A stretch of 64,000 nt of DNA, taken from Candidatus Saccharimonadota bacterium. GTDB lineage: Bacteria > Patescibacteriota > Saccharimonadia > Saccharimonadales > JAGQNJ01. The notes under the pieces were generated by a model. It was not told where the DNA came from and did not search any database. It saw only the letters and a program-made list of their open reading frames with translations. Shown here in pieces: positions 46,404 through 55,126 of this stretch. The translations under genes were made by a program, and so were the position numbers. The stretch covers positions 157,652 through 221,651 of the forward strand of contig DAISWO010000001.1 in NCBI GenBank assembly GCA_036826295.1. The letters are read 5' to 3'. Numbering within the stretch: the first letter of the stretch is position 1; each line of letters begins with the position of its first letter.

Positions 46404-46805
46404 CTAGCAGTGATACGCCTTGTAATGGGAGGCTGAGGCTTTATCAAAGTTAGTTAATACCTCAGTCACCAGTTCTTTTATTGAATTAAGCTCAATGGTT
46501 GCATCGGAATTTGTTGCGAACACTTTAGTAATTATAGTTGCCGTAAGGCTTTCTGCGTCCTTCTCAGGGGTTTTACGGTGTTTACATGATTCGTATATGC
46601 TAGAGAGCAATTTCTCCCGCGAGAAGGGCTCTAATTGGCTATTCGGCCGTTTGATCATCAACACTTTTGATAAATCAATAGATTCACTGGTAGTGAACAG
46701 GGCGCCACAGTTTGGACACCTTCGTCTGCGCCAAACATTATTTTGCTTTTTTTGAATCCGAGAGTTGATTACGCCTAGTTTTTCATGACAATATACGCAA
46801 ACCAT
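46404..46805 (-). CDS. nrdR: transcriptional repressor NrdR (zinc ribbon + ATP-cone)
   Basis: CVYCHEKLGVINSR...RRRRCPNCGALFTTSE followed by an ATP-cone-length C-terminus. Confidence 0.8.
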   Translation of the reverse strand: MVCVYCHEKLGVINSRIQKKQNNVWRRRRCPNCGALFTTSESIDLSKVLMIKRPNSQLEPFSREKLLSSIYESCKHRKTPEKDAESLTATIITKVFATNSDATIELNSIKELVTEVLTNFDKASASHYKAYHC

Positions 46806-46880
46806 GACTACATATTGTCATATGGCAATAAAAAACGCTAGTGTATAACTTTTTCATATCGGTGGATAACGCAACAAATG

Positions 46881-46915
46881 AAAAACCCCTTCATCTCTCA
46901 CCTTGAAGGGGTTTT
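46881..46915. terminator. bidirectional intrinsic terminator hairpin
   Basis: AAAAA-CCCCTTCA-(10-nt loop)-TGAAGGGG-TTTT. Confidence 0.6.
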
Positions 46916-47097
46916 ACTCCACGTTTGCATCTTTGGGTTTCCTTAAGATGCAGCCGCTGTTTTTCGAGTTCGCCTAACCCTGTTGTAACGCTTGGGTTGG
47001 GCAGAAAATACTAGTTCTTCGTAAAACAGCTTGAAATCTTCTAACGAAGATCGTCGCTTTATGGTACTCACACAGAGTGCCTCGTTTAACGTGTCCC

Positions 47098-47126
47098 ATA
47101 GTATCAATGTGGGTGATTACTGTCAA
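47098..47126 (-). promoter_or_regulatory. near-consensus sigma70 promoter reading toward nrdR
   Basis: On the minus strand: TTGACA (47126-47121), 17-nt spacer, TACTAT (47103-47098). Confidence 0.55.
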
Positions 47127-47160
47127 GAGCCAGTGGGTATGATGATACAATATATAATCA

Positions 47161-48417
47161 ATGCAACCCACAAAAAACAACAGAGTAATAAGCATAAAAG
47201 ATATCAAGAATGGTGTTAGGCGAGGTATTCTTACTACAAGATCAGGGGCGGCTAACACTCCATTGTTTATGCCAGTCGGGACTAGAGGGGCTGTTAAGTC
47301 GTTAACACCAGATCAGGTCAAAACTACTGGCGCACAAATAATCCTTGGCAATACTTACCATTTGCATATGCAACCGGGCGAAAAGACCGTCGCACAATTA
47401 GGTGGTCTACATAAGTTCATGAACTGGAGCGGTCCGATACTAACTGATTCTGGCGGTTTTCAGGTATTTTCTTTGGCGCATACTAGCAAGATTACTGAAG
47501 AAGGGGTTAAATTCAAGGATCCGACTAACGGTGATTTGATTGAATTGACACCCGAGAAAGCAATTCAAATCCAGCTTGATTTAGGCTCCGATATAATTAT
47601 GGCATTTGATGACGTAGCTGGCCTGAACGGCGTGTCCAAACAGCGAGGCAAAGAAGCGTACGAACGAACCCATAGGTGGCTCGAGCGGTCCCTAAACGAG
47701 TTTAAGAGGCTTACAACTGGGATGAGGGGGCTGGAGGATACTGAGGAAGACGCCAGACGAGGCACTGCTGAGCAGCGCAGAGAATCGTATATACGATACG
47801 AAGAGCGAGCAGCGGAAGAAGTAACGAAGGCTGGCCCTTCAAGCAAGAGAGGGGTTAGGGGCTCTGCCGCTAAACAATCTCTTGCGGTCAGTAATCTCCA
47901 GAGGCCGTTGTTTTTTGGTATCGCTCAAGGTGGACTTAATAAAAAGCTTCGACAAAAAAGCATCGAAACAGTGCAGTCGTTAGATGTCGATGGTCTAGCA
48001 ATTGGCGGTTTATCGGTTGGTGAAGATAGGGTAGATATGTATGAAATATTGGAGTTTATGGCGCCGATTTATGACGAGAATAAACCGCATTATCTTATGG
48101 GCGTAGGCGATCCTAAAGACATGCGAGTCGCAATAGAGAACGGCATAGACATGTTTGATTGTGTCTTGCCGACTCGGAACGCCCGTCATGGCTCCGCATG
48201 GGTAACAGGAGATAAGCTGATTCATCTGACTAATGCAAAATACACAAAAGATACATCTGTTATTGATAAAACTTGTGACTGCTATACGTGTAAAGAAGGA
48301 TTTTCTCGGGGTTTTTTGCGCCATCAGTTTAAAGTAGGCGAACCGCTGGCCGGGTCATTGGTGTCGATCCATAATATACGCTACCTCGAACGCCTCTGCG
48401 AGGAATACAGAATCTAG
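47161..48417 (+). CDS. tgt: queuine tRNA-ribosyltransferase (tRNA-guanine transglycosylase) with a ~60-aa charged insertion
   Basis: FMPVGT, GAQIILGNTYHL, LTDSGGFQV, YLMGVG, DMFDCVLPTRNAR, CDCYTC motifs. Confidence 0.9.
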   Translation: MQPTKNNRVISIKDIKNGVRRGILTTRSGAANTPLFMPVGTRGAVKSLTPDQVKTTGAQIILGNTYHLHMQPGEKTVAQLGGLHKFMNWSGPILTDSGGFQVFSLAHTSKITEEGVKFKDPTNGDLIELTPEKAIQIQLDLGSDIIMAFDDVAGLNGVSKQRGKEAYERTHRWLERSLNEFKRLTTGMRGLEDTEEDARRGTAEQRRESYIRYEERAAEEVTKAGPSSKRGVRGSAAKQSLAVSNLQRPLFFGIAQGGLNKKLRQKSIETVQSLDVDGLAIGGLSVGEDRVDMYEILEFMAPIYDENKPHYLMGVGDPKDMRVAIENGIDMFDCVLPTRNARHGSAWVTGDKLIHLTNAKYTKDTSVIDKTCDCYTCKEGFSRGFLRHQFKVGEPLAGSLVSIHNIRYLERLCEEYRI

Positions 48418-48815
48418 AGCTCTCCATTTTTATCGGGCCAAGGATAGGGCATTTGCTCGGAGATCGGGACTATCTTAATATTTCCATCTATCTTCATAAC
48501 TACCTGTATATCGATGTCAGATTGTAGAGAGCTCTCCCAGATTAGTTGTTTGCAGATGTGACAGTTTGGCCCAGTGATAGCTATTATCTCTTTTTCGCCG
48601 TGAATGGCAGCATTTGCTAGTGCCGTAGCTTCGGAGTGCATAGTCAGGGTGTAGGTGTTAGATTTGTAGGATACGCCGTCATACATTTTGCCGTCTTTTG
48701 CAAGGACGCACACGGCAAATCCTTCATTGGGTTTGGGGTATGTGTTTGCCATTGCAGCTGATGCCCTGGCTAGCATTTTTTTGGCAATAGACGGTTTTAT
48801 ATCAAATGATTTCAT
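48414..48815 (-). CDS. cytidine/deoxycytidylate deaminase-family protein
   Basis: Zinc motifs HSE (HSEATALANA) and PCHICKQ. Confidence 0.7.
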   Translation of the reverse strand: MKSFDIKPSIAKKMLARASAAMANTYPKPNEGFAVCVLAKDGKMYDGVSYKSNTYTLTMHSEATALANAAIHGEKEIIAITGPNCHICKQLIWESSLQSDIDIQVVMKIDGNIKIVPISEQMPYPWPDKNGEL

Positions 48816-48823
48816 AAACTTCC

Positions 48824-48900
48824 TGGTGGGCTCTAGAGGACTTGAACCTCTGACCTCCTCAACGTCAATGAGGCGCTCTAGCCAACTGAGCTAAGAGCCC
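48824..48900 (-). tRNA. tRNA-Val (anticodon GAC), CCA encoded
   Basis: Acceptor GGGCTCT/AGAGCCC, anticodon stem CCTCA/TGAGG with loop ttGACgt, T loop TTCAAGT. Confidence 0.85.
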
Positions 48901-49052
48901 GAGAATAACAGATAACAGAATAGCAAAAACTAAGCGAAAAAAACAGTCCACAGGTCTTTGTACATTAAACAACACTAAAGTACTAGCATTATGATACTAG
49001 CCTATGTATACTCTGTAGCACTGGTGAAGTTTTTGGGGGTGGTTGCATCGCG

Positions 49053-49094
49053 AGCGTCGTGTTTAATTGCGAGAAAACACGACGCTTTTTGTTT
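49053..49094 (+). terminator. orphan plus-strand intrinsic terminator
   Basis: AGCGTCGTGTT (49053-49063) pairs with AACACGACGCT (49076-49086), followed by TTTTGTTT. There is no plus-strand gene upstream. Confidence 0.5.
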
Positions 49095-49134
49095 GGTTCT
49101 GTAAATGCAAATCATTAACTGATATAATCATCAG

Positions 49135-49304
49135 TAGGTGTTGATACGGAGTCACTACCCGTGGAGCCTCGTCGGTGCGGTAGCAGAAGTACGATAACTA
49201 ACGCTACAAGAGTTAAAGTCGAGGTGGAAACGTCCATCAAGGACCCGAGACACGAAACTAGTTAAATATATTTGCGAGAATATTGAACGGTTTCGTGTTT
49301 TTTA
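49135..49304 (+). promoter_or_regulatory. T-box leader (Thr specifier ACU) with terminator, upstream of thrS
   Basis: Promoter TGaTATAAT (49120-49128). ACU-A at 49197-49200 follows an AGUA-containing loop. T-box-like AGUCGAGGUGGAAACGUCC carries UGGA (49225-49228). Terminator ACACGAAAC/GGTTTCGTGT plus T6 at 49250-49304. Confidence 0.55.
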
Positions 49305-49327
49305 TTTCTATAAAATCAGGAGTCAAG

Positions 49328-51193
49328 ATGAGCAAACCAGACAATAATCAAATACAGGTGATGAGACATAGTATGGCGCATGTTATGGCAACAGCACTAC
49401 AACACCTATGGCCAGAGGTAAAGCTAGGGGTTGGTCCGGCTGTAGAGAATGGCTTTTACTACGATATAGACTTAGGTGAAACTAAATTAACAGAGGATGA
49501 TTTGCCAAAAATTGAAGCCGAGATGAAAAAGGTCATAAAAGCCGATCAAGAATTTGAGAAACTCGAACTTTCCATTGATGAGGCGCTATCTTGGGCGAAA
49601 GAAATGGATCAGCCCTATAAGCACGAATTACTCAATGATTTAAAGCGAGCGGGCACTACTGTAGCGAAGGACTTGAACAAGGATGAGCTAGGGACAATAA
49701 CAGATAGTGATAGCAAGGTAGAAAAAGTTTCGTTCTATAAGAACGGCCCTTTTACCGACCTCTGTCGAGGGCCACATGTTGAGAGTACTGGCAAAGTTGG
49801 AGCGTTCAAGCTGATGCGCATATCGGGCGCGTATTGGCGAGGCAAAGATGATAACCCTCAGATGCAACGTATCTACGGTGTGGCATTTGATACTGAGAAA
49901 GAACTTCGCCAACACCTAGTTATGCTAGAGGAAGCCAAAAAACGTGATCACCGCAAGCTTGGGCAAGAGCTTGAACTATTCTTTATGCACGAAACTGCAC
50001 CTGGTATGCCGTACTGGCTCCCTAAAGGAGTGGCCATATACAATGAGTTAATACGGTTTTGGCGGGAAGAGCATGCGAAGCGTGATTATCAAGAGACAAT
50101 CTCCCCTCTTATTAATAAAAAAGAGTTGTATCAGACTTCAGGTCACTTTGATCACTATTGGGAAGAAATGTTTGTAGCAAAGACAGATGAAGGGGAAGAG
50201 TACGGGCTGAAGGCGATGAACTGTCCCAACGCTATGTTGATCTACGGCCACAATAGCCATTCATATCGTGATTTACCTTTGAGATATAGTGATACGGACA
50301 CGCTCCACCGTAATGAACTTTCCGGAACACTCAATGGGCTGTTACGTGTGCGTGAATTTCGACAGGACGATGCACATATATTTGTGGCAGAAGAACAAAT
50401 AAAGGAAGAGTATAAAAATATTCTGGAGATTACTGAGTTGTTCTATTCTATTTTTGGCATGGAATATTCATTCAGACTAGGTACTCGTCCCGAAAAATTT
50501 ATGGGTGACCATAAGTTATGGGACAGAGCAGAGCAAACACTTAAAGAGATTCTGAAAGAAAGTGGAAAAGAGCACTTCGTACTAGAAGGTGACGGCGCTT
50601 TTTATGGTCCAAAAATAGATATTCTTATGAAAGATGTATTGGGGAGGCCTTGGCAAATGGGCACAATACAACTCGATTTTCAGCAACCTCTTCGTTTTGA
50701 ACTGAAATATGTTGATAAAGAAGGAAATGATCAAGTTCCGATCGCAATTCATCGGGTAATCTACGGTTCTATGGAAAGATTTATTGGAATATTGATAGAA
50801 CATTTTGCAGGTAAGTTTCCGGTGTGGTTGGCACCAGAACAGGTTAGGATTGTTACAGTTAATCAGGAAGAGACCACAACACAGTTTGCCGAGAAAGTTT
50901 TGGCTCAAGCTAAAGAGTTAGGTCTTCGGGCATATCTAGATAACGATAACGAATCAGTTGGCAAAAAAATCCGTGAAGCCGAAATCCAGAAAATCCCATA
51001 TACGTTAGTAATTGGTGAAAAAGAGATTGGTAGCGGTGAAGTCATACCGAGAGTGCGTCAGGATATCGAAGTCCAAGAAGAAAATAAACCGATTGCAGTT
51101 AATGAATTTTTGAAAACGGTTGTAAACGAAACGAAATCTCGGGTAACCCACACTTCTATGCATGCGTTTACCACAAAACACAAGGCAGATTAA
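49328..51193 (+). CDS. thrS: threonine--tRNA ligase (no N-terminal TGS domain)
   Basis: Editing-domain HxxxH (RHSMAHVM), class II motifs, and an anticodon-binding domain. Start placed at ATG 49328, after CAGGAG. Confidence 0.9.
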   Translation: MSKPDNNQIQVMRHSMAHVMATALQHLWPEVKLGVGPAVENGFYYDIDLGETKLTEDDLPKIEAEMKKVIKADQEFEKLELSIDEALSWAKEMDQPYKHELLNDLKRAGTTVAKDLNKDELGTITDSDSKVEKVSFYKNGPFTDLCRGPHVESTGKVGAFKLMRISGAYWRGKDDNPQMQRIYGVAFDTEKELRQHLVMLEEAKKRDHRKLGQELELFFMHETAPGMPYWLPKGVAIYNELIRFWREEHAKRDYQETISPLINKKELYQTSGHFDHYWEEMFVAKTDEGEEYGLKAMNCPNAMLIYGHNSHSYRDLPLRYSDTDTLHRNELSGTLNGLLRVREFRQDDAHIFVAEEQIKEEYKNILEITELFYSIFGMEYSFRLGTRPEKFMGDHKLWDRAEQTLKEILKESGKEHFVLEGDGAFYGPKIDILMKDVLGRPWQMGTIQLDFQQPLRFELKYVDKEGNDQVPIAIHRVIYGSMERFIGILIEHFAGKFPVWLAPEQVRIVTVNQEETTTQFAEKVLAQAKELGLRAYLDNDNESVGKKIREAEIQKIPYTLVIGEKEIGSGEVIPRVRQDIEVQEENKPIAVNEFLKTVVNETKSRVTHTSMHAFTTKHKAD

Positions 51194-51796
51194 GTGGCTA
51201 AAAAGAAAATTGCTATAGATATCGACGACGTTATCGCCGATAGCACCGAGTCACTCAGAATAGTTACGAATGAGCGTACGGGTTCAAATATATCAAAAGA
51301 ACATTTCAAAATACCTGGCGATTACTGGGGTTACTATGAGCGCGTTTGGCAAATACACGGCATAGATAAAGATATATCTTTTGAGGACTTAGATGACGAG
51401 ATGATCGAAGACCAATCACATATACCTCTTTTACCAGGCGCTAGTTTTGCACTCATGGAGTTATCTAAAAGCTTCGAAGTATACTTATTGACCTCGCGTA
51501 ATAAGGCTTGGGAAAATGCCACGAGGCAATGGCTTGATGATAACGGCTTCAAAGATTTTAAAGAATTACACTTTACTGAAAGTTATAAAAAATCAAAAAG
51601 TAAAGGAGAGATCTGTTCTGGTTTAGGCATCTCTTGGTTAATTGACGATAATCCTGAGCATTGTCAGTCTGCAGTTAGCCATGGAGTCGAGGCCATTTTA
51701 TTTGGTGAATACGGTTGGCATTACAAATCTACCGAAGGACTGGATAGATGTAAAAGTTGGCCAGAGGTTCTGGAATACTTCAATGGAAAAGAATGA
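51194..51796 (+). CDS. HAD-family 5'(3')-deoxyribonucleotidase-like protein (GTG start)
   Basis: DIDDVIAD nucleophile motif. NT5C-like length and layout. Confidence 0.6.
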   Translation: MAKKKIAIDIDDVIADSTESLRIVTNERTGSNISKEHFKIPGDYWGYYERVWQIHGIDKDISFEDLDDEMIEDQSHIPLLPGASFALMELSKSFEVYLLTSRNKAWENATRQWLDDNGFKDFKELHFTESYKKSKSKGEICSGLGISWLIDDNPEHCQSAVSHGVEAILFGEYGWHYKSTEGLDRCKSWPEVLEYFNGKE

Positions 51797-52097
51797 TAAT
51801 TTTAAAACTAGGGTCCTGAGTCTCGTAAAAATAATTCCTAAGGGCAAGGTTATGACTTACGGGCAGATAGCGGCACTTTGTGGCAAACCAAATGCAGCCC
51901 GAGCAGTAGGGACTATAGCGCACTATGGCCCATCAGAGCTCCCATGGCAACGCGTGGTTAACAAATCAGGTGGTTTGGCATCAGAATATACTTATGGAGG
52001 TAGAAGCGGCCAAAAGGCTCAATTAGAGGCTGATGGGATAATTGTCGGCAAGGACAACAAAATCGATATCGAGAAATACATATGGTGGCCAAAGTAA
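51783..52097 (+). CDS. alkyltransferase-like (ATL) protein / MGMT DNA-binding domain lacking the acceptor Cys
   Basis: MTYGQIAALCG...ARAVG...PWQRVV, with Trp replacing Cys of the PCHRV motif. Start moved to ATG 51783. Confidence 0.7.
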   Translation: MEKNDNFKTRVLSLVKIIPKGKVMTYGQIAALCGKPNAARAVGTIAHYGPSELPWQRVVNKSGGLASEYTYGGRSGQKAQLEADGIIVGKDNKIDIEKYIWWPK

Positions 52098-52858
52098 AAC
52101 CTTTAGTCGTAGTTTTGGGATCCACTGCTAGCGGAAAAAGCGATTTAGCAATGATGTTAGCCAAGAGATTTAATGGCGAGATTATTTGTGCTGATAGTCA
52201 GGCTATTTATCGGGGTATGGATATAGGAACGGCCAAGCCAAGCAGAGAAGACCGAGCTTTAGTTAAACATCACCTACTAGATATTCGTAACCCTGACGAA
52301 TCTTACAGTGTGGCTCAGTTTCAGCAGGATGCTCAAGAGGCAATTGCTGGTATTAACACCAGAGGTAAGTTGCCAATTATGGTCGGAGGCAGTGGCTTAT
52401 ATATAGATTCAGTCATCTATAACTATTCTTTTATCTCGGATGGTCAGCGCGATGATGTTAATCCGCGACATTTAGCTAAAAATGTGGGACCAACAAACAA
52501 GGAACTACGAGAAGATACATTGATTATTGGAATTCAGCGCAACCCAGAGGAGTTAGAAGCTCGGATTGTGGAGCGAACCGATGGGATGGTGGAGGCTGGA
52601 CTGGTTGGTGAAGTAAAGAACCTTGTTACTAAGTACGGCCGCGATGCCATGGGGCTGAGCAATATTCGATATCAAATCTTTGCAGATTACCTTGCTGGAT
52701 TGATAGGTCTAGATGAGGCAATGCAAAAATTTGTACGAAACGATATGTTACTCAGTAAAAAACAAAAGACTTGGTTCAAGCGCAATAAAAGTATTCAATG
52801 GGTAAGTAACAGTAGTAAAGCTGTTGAGATTACAACAACGTTTTTGAACAATTATTAA
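52082..52858 (+). CDS. miaA: tRNA dimethylallyltransferase
   Basis: LGSTASGKSDLA P-loop and ICADSQAIYRGMDIGTAKPS. Confidence 0.85.
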   Translation: MVAKVKPLVVVLGSTASGKSDLAMMLAKRFNGEIICADSQAIYRGMDIGTAKPSREDRALVKHHLLDIRNPDESYSVAQFQQDAQEAIAGINTRGKLPIMVGGSGLYIDSVIYNYSFISDGQRDDVNPRHLAKNVGPTNKELREDTLIIGIQRNPEELEARIVERTDGMVEAGLVGEVKNLVTKYGRDAMGLSNIRYQIFADYLAGLIGLDEAMQKFVRNDMLLSKKQKTWFKRNKSIQWVSNSSKAVEITTTFLNNY

Positions 52859-52882
52859 ATTGTAAGCTGTTATAATGTATAC

Positions 52883-53479
52883 ATGATTGAACAATTGTTT
52901 GGGAGTAAGACGAGGGTAAAGTTACTACAACTTTTTTACGCAAATCCAAATAGGGCATTTTATGTTCGCGAAATTACCCGAAAAATTGATGAACAAATTA
53001 ACTCTGTTAGACGAGAACTGGCGAATCTGCTCAGTATTGGGATAATTTCGTCAGAAGATAATGCACACAAGCTATACTATGAAGTCGATCAGAGCTACGA
53101 CTTTTATAAACCACTATCAGAGATTTTTGGTGGAAAGAAGAAAGCTGTAGCTGTAAAAACCGTATCAGCTAGTGGTGACGGCGATAATGACAAACTAAAA
53201 TCGATCGGGAATATTGAGATTGCGTTTTTAACCGGTCAATTTACTAGGGATGAGAATGCTAGCATCGATCTGTTGATTGTTGGGGATGTAAATCAGACAA
53301 AATTAGAGAAATATATTTCTGACCTCGAGAAGATAGAGGGTAAAGAGATACGATATTCAGCAATGACAAAAAAAGATTTTGATTATCGTCAACAGGTTAA
53401 AGATAGATTCATAACAAACATTCTGCATAATAAGAGGCAGGTTTTGATAGATAAACACAAAGTACTAAGCGAACTCTAA
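52883..53479 (+). CDS. winged-helix (ArsR-like) domain protein, probably translated from a leaderless mRNA
   Basis: FYVREITRKIDEQINSVRRELANLLSIGII wHTH pattern. TGtTATAAT ends 7 nt before the ATG. Confidence 0.45.
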   Translation: MIEQLFGSKTRVKLLQLFYANPNRAFYVREITRKIDEQINSVRRELANLLSIGIISSEDNAHKLYYEVDQSYDFYKPLSEIFGGKKKAVAVKTVSASGDGDNDKLKSIGNIEIAFLTGQFTRDENASIDLLIVGDVNQTKLEKYISDLEKIEGKEIRYSAMTKKDFDYRQQVKDRFITNILHNKRQVLIDKHKVLSEL

Positions 53480-53494
53480 GAAAGGGATAAATAG

Positions 53495-54130
53495 ATGGAA
53501 CTACAGTTTTTTGGTGCAAATTGCGTACGGATATCAACGAAAAAAGCTAATACGGTCATTGATGACAACTTGGCGAGCTTAGGATTAAAGACGGTTACCA
53601 GACCTGGGGACATAGCATTGTTTACGCATGAGAGCATTCTGGGCTCCAAGAAACTAAAAGATCCTAAACTGGTAATTCAAATTCCGGGCGAGTATGAAGC
53701 CTCTGCCGTATCAATCAGAGCAATATCAGCTAGGTCTCATATGGACGAAGAAGGTCAAGAGAGCGCAGTTATATACAAAATTATTAATAGCGGGATCAAC
53801 GTTGCTGTAGTAGGCCATATTCACCCTGATCTTACAGAAGGGCAATTAGAATCTTTAGGTATGATAGATATACTATTTGTGCCGGTTGGCGGAAACGGGT
53901 ATACGCTAGACGCAATCGGAGCGCTAAAAATTATAAAAAAAATTGAGCCAAAAATTATTATTCCTACGCATTATAGTGATAAAGAGATAAAGTACGAAGT
54001 CCCCCAGGCGGACCTAGATGAAGTGATGAAGAACATGACTTTTGAAATCAAAGAAAAATTACCCAAGCTAAAACTAAAAAACACAGACTTACCGTTGACG
54101 CCTGAGTTTATCGTCTTAGAGCGACAGTAA
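53495..54130 (+). CDS. MBL-fold metallo-hydrolase-like protein
   Basis: Beta-lactamase-fold pattern (FFGANCVRI..., VVGHIHPD, IIPTHY). Weak assignment. Confidence 0.45.
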   Translation: MELQFFGANCVRISTKKANTVIDDNLASLGLKTVTRPGDIALFTHESILGSKKLKDPKLVIQIPGEYEASAVSIRAISARSHMDEEGQESAVIYKIINSGINVAVVGHIHPDLTEGQLESLGMIDILFVPVGGNGYTLDAIGALKIIKKIEPKIIIPTHYSDKEIKYEVPQADLDEVMKNMTFEIKEKLPKLKLKNTDLPLTPEFIVLERQ

Positions 54131-54134
54131 AAAT

Positions 54135-54371
54135 CTATTTACTAGTAACAGGGGTAACTTCTGGAGCTGGATTTTTTGGGTCAGCGATTAGGCCTTTTCG
54201 TTTTAGCGTACGAATAGCCTGAGTGCTGATTTTCATCTTTACTTTACGACCGTCAATAACAAGAGTTTTCTTTTGAAGATTTGGTTTCCACACTTTTTTA
54301 GTGTGGCGTTGAGAAAAGCTGACATTACTGCCGTATTGCTTGCCTTTGCCGGTTAATTCACATCTTTGCAT
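54135..54371 (-). CDS. rpmB: 50S ribosomal protein L28
   Basis: MQRCELTGKGKQYGSNVSFSQRHTKKVWKPNLQKK. Confidence 0.9.
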   Translation of the reverse strand: MQRCELTGKGKQYGSNVSFSQRHTKKVWKPNLQKKTLVIDGRKVKMKISTQAIRTLKRKGLIADPKNPAPEVTPVTSK

Positions 54372-54494
54372 AACAGAGGAGTATTTTAGCGTTTAAAGTG
54401 ACGGAAGTCAACTAAAAGGTATCTGATGTTGTTATAGAATGCCGTCAGCACTAAGTATAAAATTTTTTGCTCTGCGCTGGTATACTAAAGCGTA

Positions 54495-55124
54495 ATGTTT
54501 GGAAATCTAACAGGATTAAACTTTGGAATATTCTTTGCATCGCTCTTATTAGCTGTCTCTATACACGAGGCTATGCATGGTTATGCAGCGCACTGGTTAG
54601 GTGATTATACGGCGGAAGAGGCCGGAAGGTTGACACTTAACCCTCTAAAACACCTTGATTTGGCCACATCTATAATTATGCCGATGTTGTTATTGCTACT
54701 GGGTTTACCGCCCTTTTTTATAGCAAAGCCAGTACCCTTTAACCCATGGAAAGTCAGGTACGGTGAATACGGGGCTGCAATGATAGGCCTAGCTGGTCCG
54801 TTAACGAATATCGTATTGGCGACTGTCGCTTCTTTGTTACTGCATCTTCTTGGGATTGCAGTTGGCACGCCGATCTATAACGTATTAGTCATTTTTATGG
54901 CAGTTAATGTCGCCATATTCGTTTTCAACATGATTCCTTTTCCGCCACTCGATGGATCTAGGGTATTGTATGCATTCGCACCAGAACCTTTGCAAAAACT
55001 AATGATGCAAATAGAATCGCTAGGGATGAACGCCATATTCATTTTTATGATGATAAGCTTTGTGTTTTTGTCGCCATTTATAATTCGTGCTAATGAACTA
55101 ATATTAAATCTACTGCTTTATTAG
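54495..55124 (+). CDS. site-2 protease family (M50) zinc metalloprotease
   Basis: HEAMHGYAAHWLGD (HExxH) inside a TM helix, and a downstream PPLDGS motif. Confidence 0.75.
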   Translation: MFGNLTGLNFGIFFASLLLAVSIHEAMHGYAAHWLGDYTAEEAGRLTLNPLKHLDLATSIIMPMLLLLLGLPPFFIAKPVPFNPWKVRYGEYGAAMIGLAGPLTNIVLATVASLLLHLLGIAVGTPIYNVLVIFMAVNVAIFVFNMIPFPPLDGSRVLYAFAPEPLQKLMMQIESLGMNAIFIFMMISFVFLSPFIIRANELILNLLLY

Positions 55125-55126
55125 AA

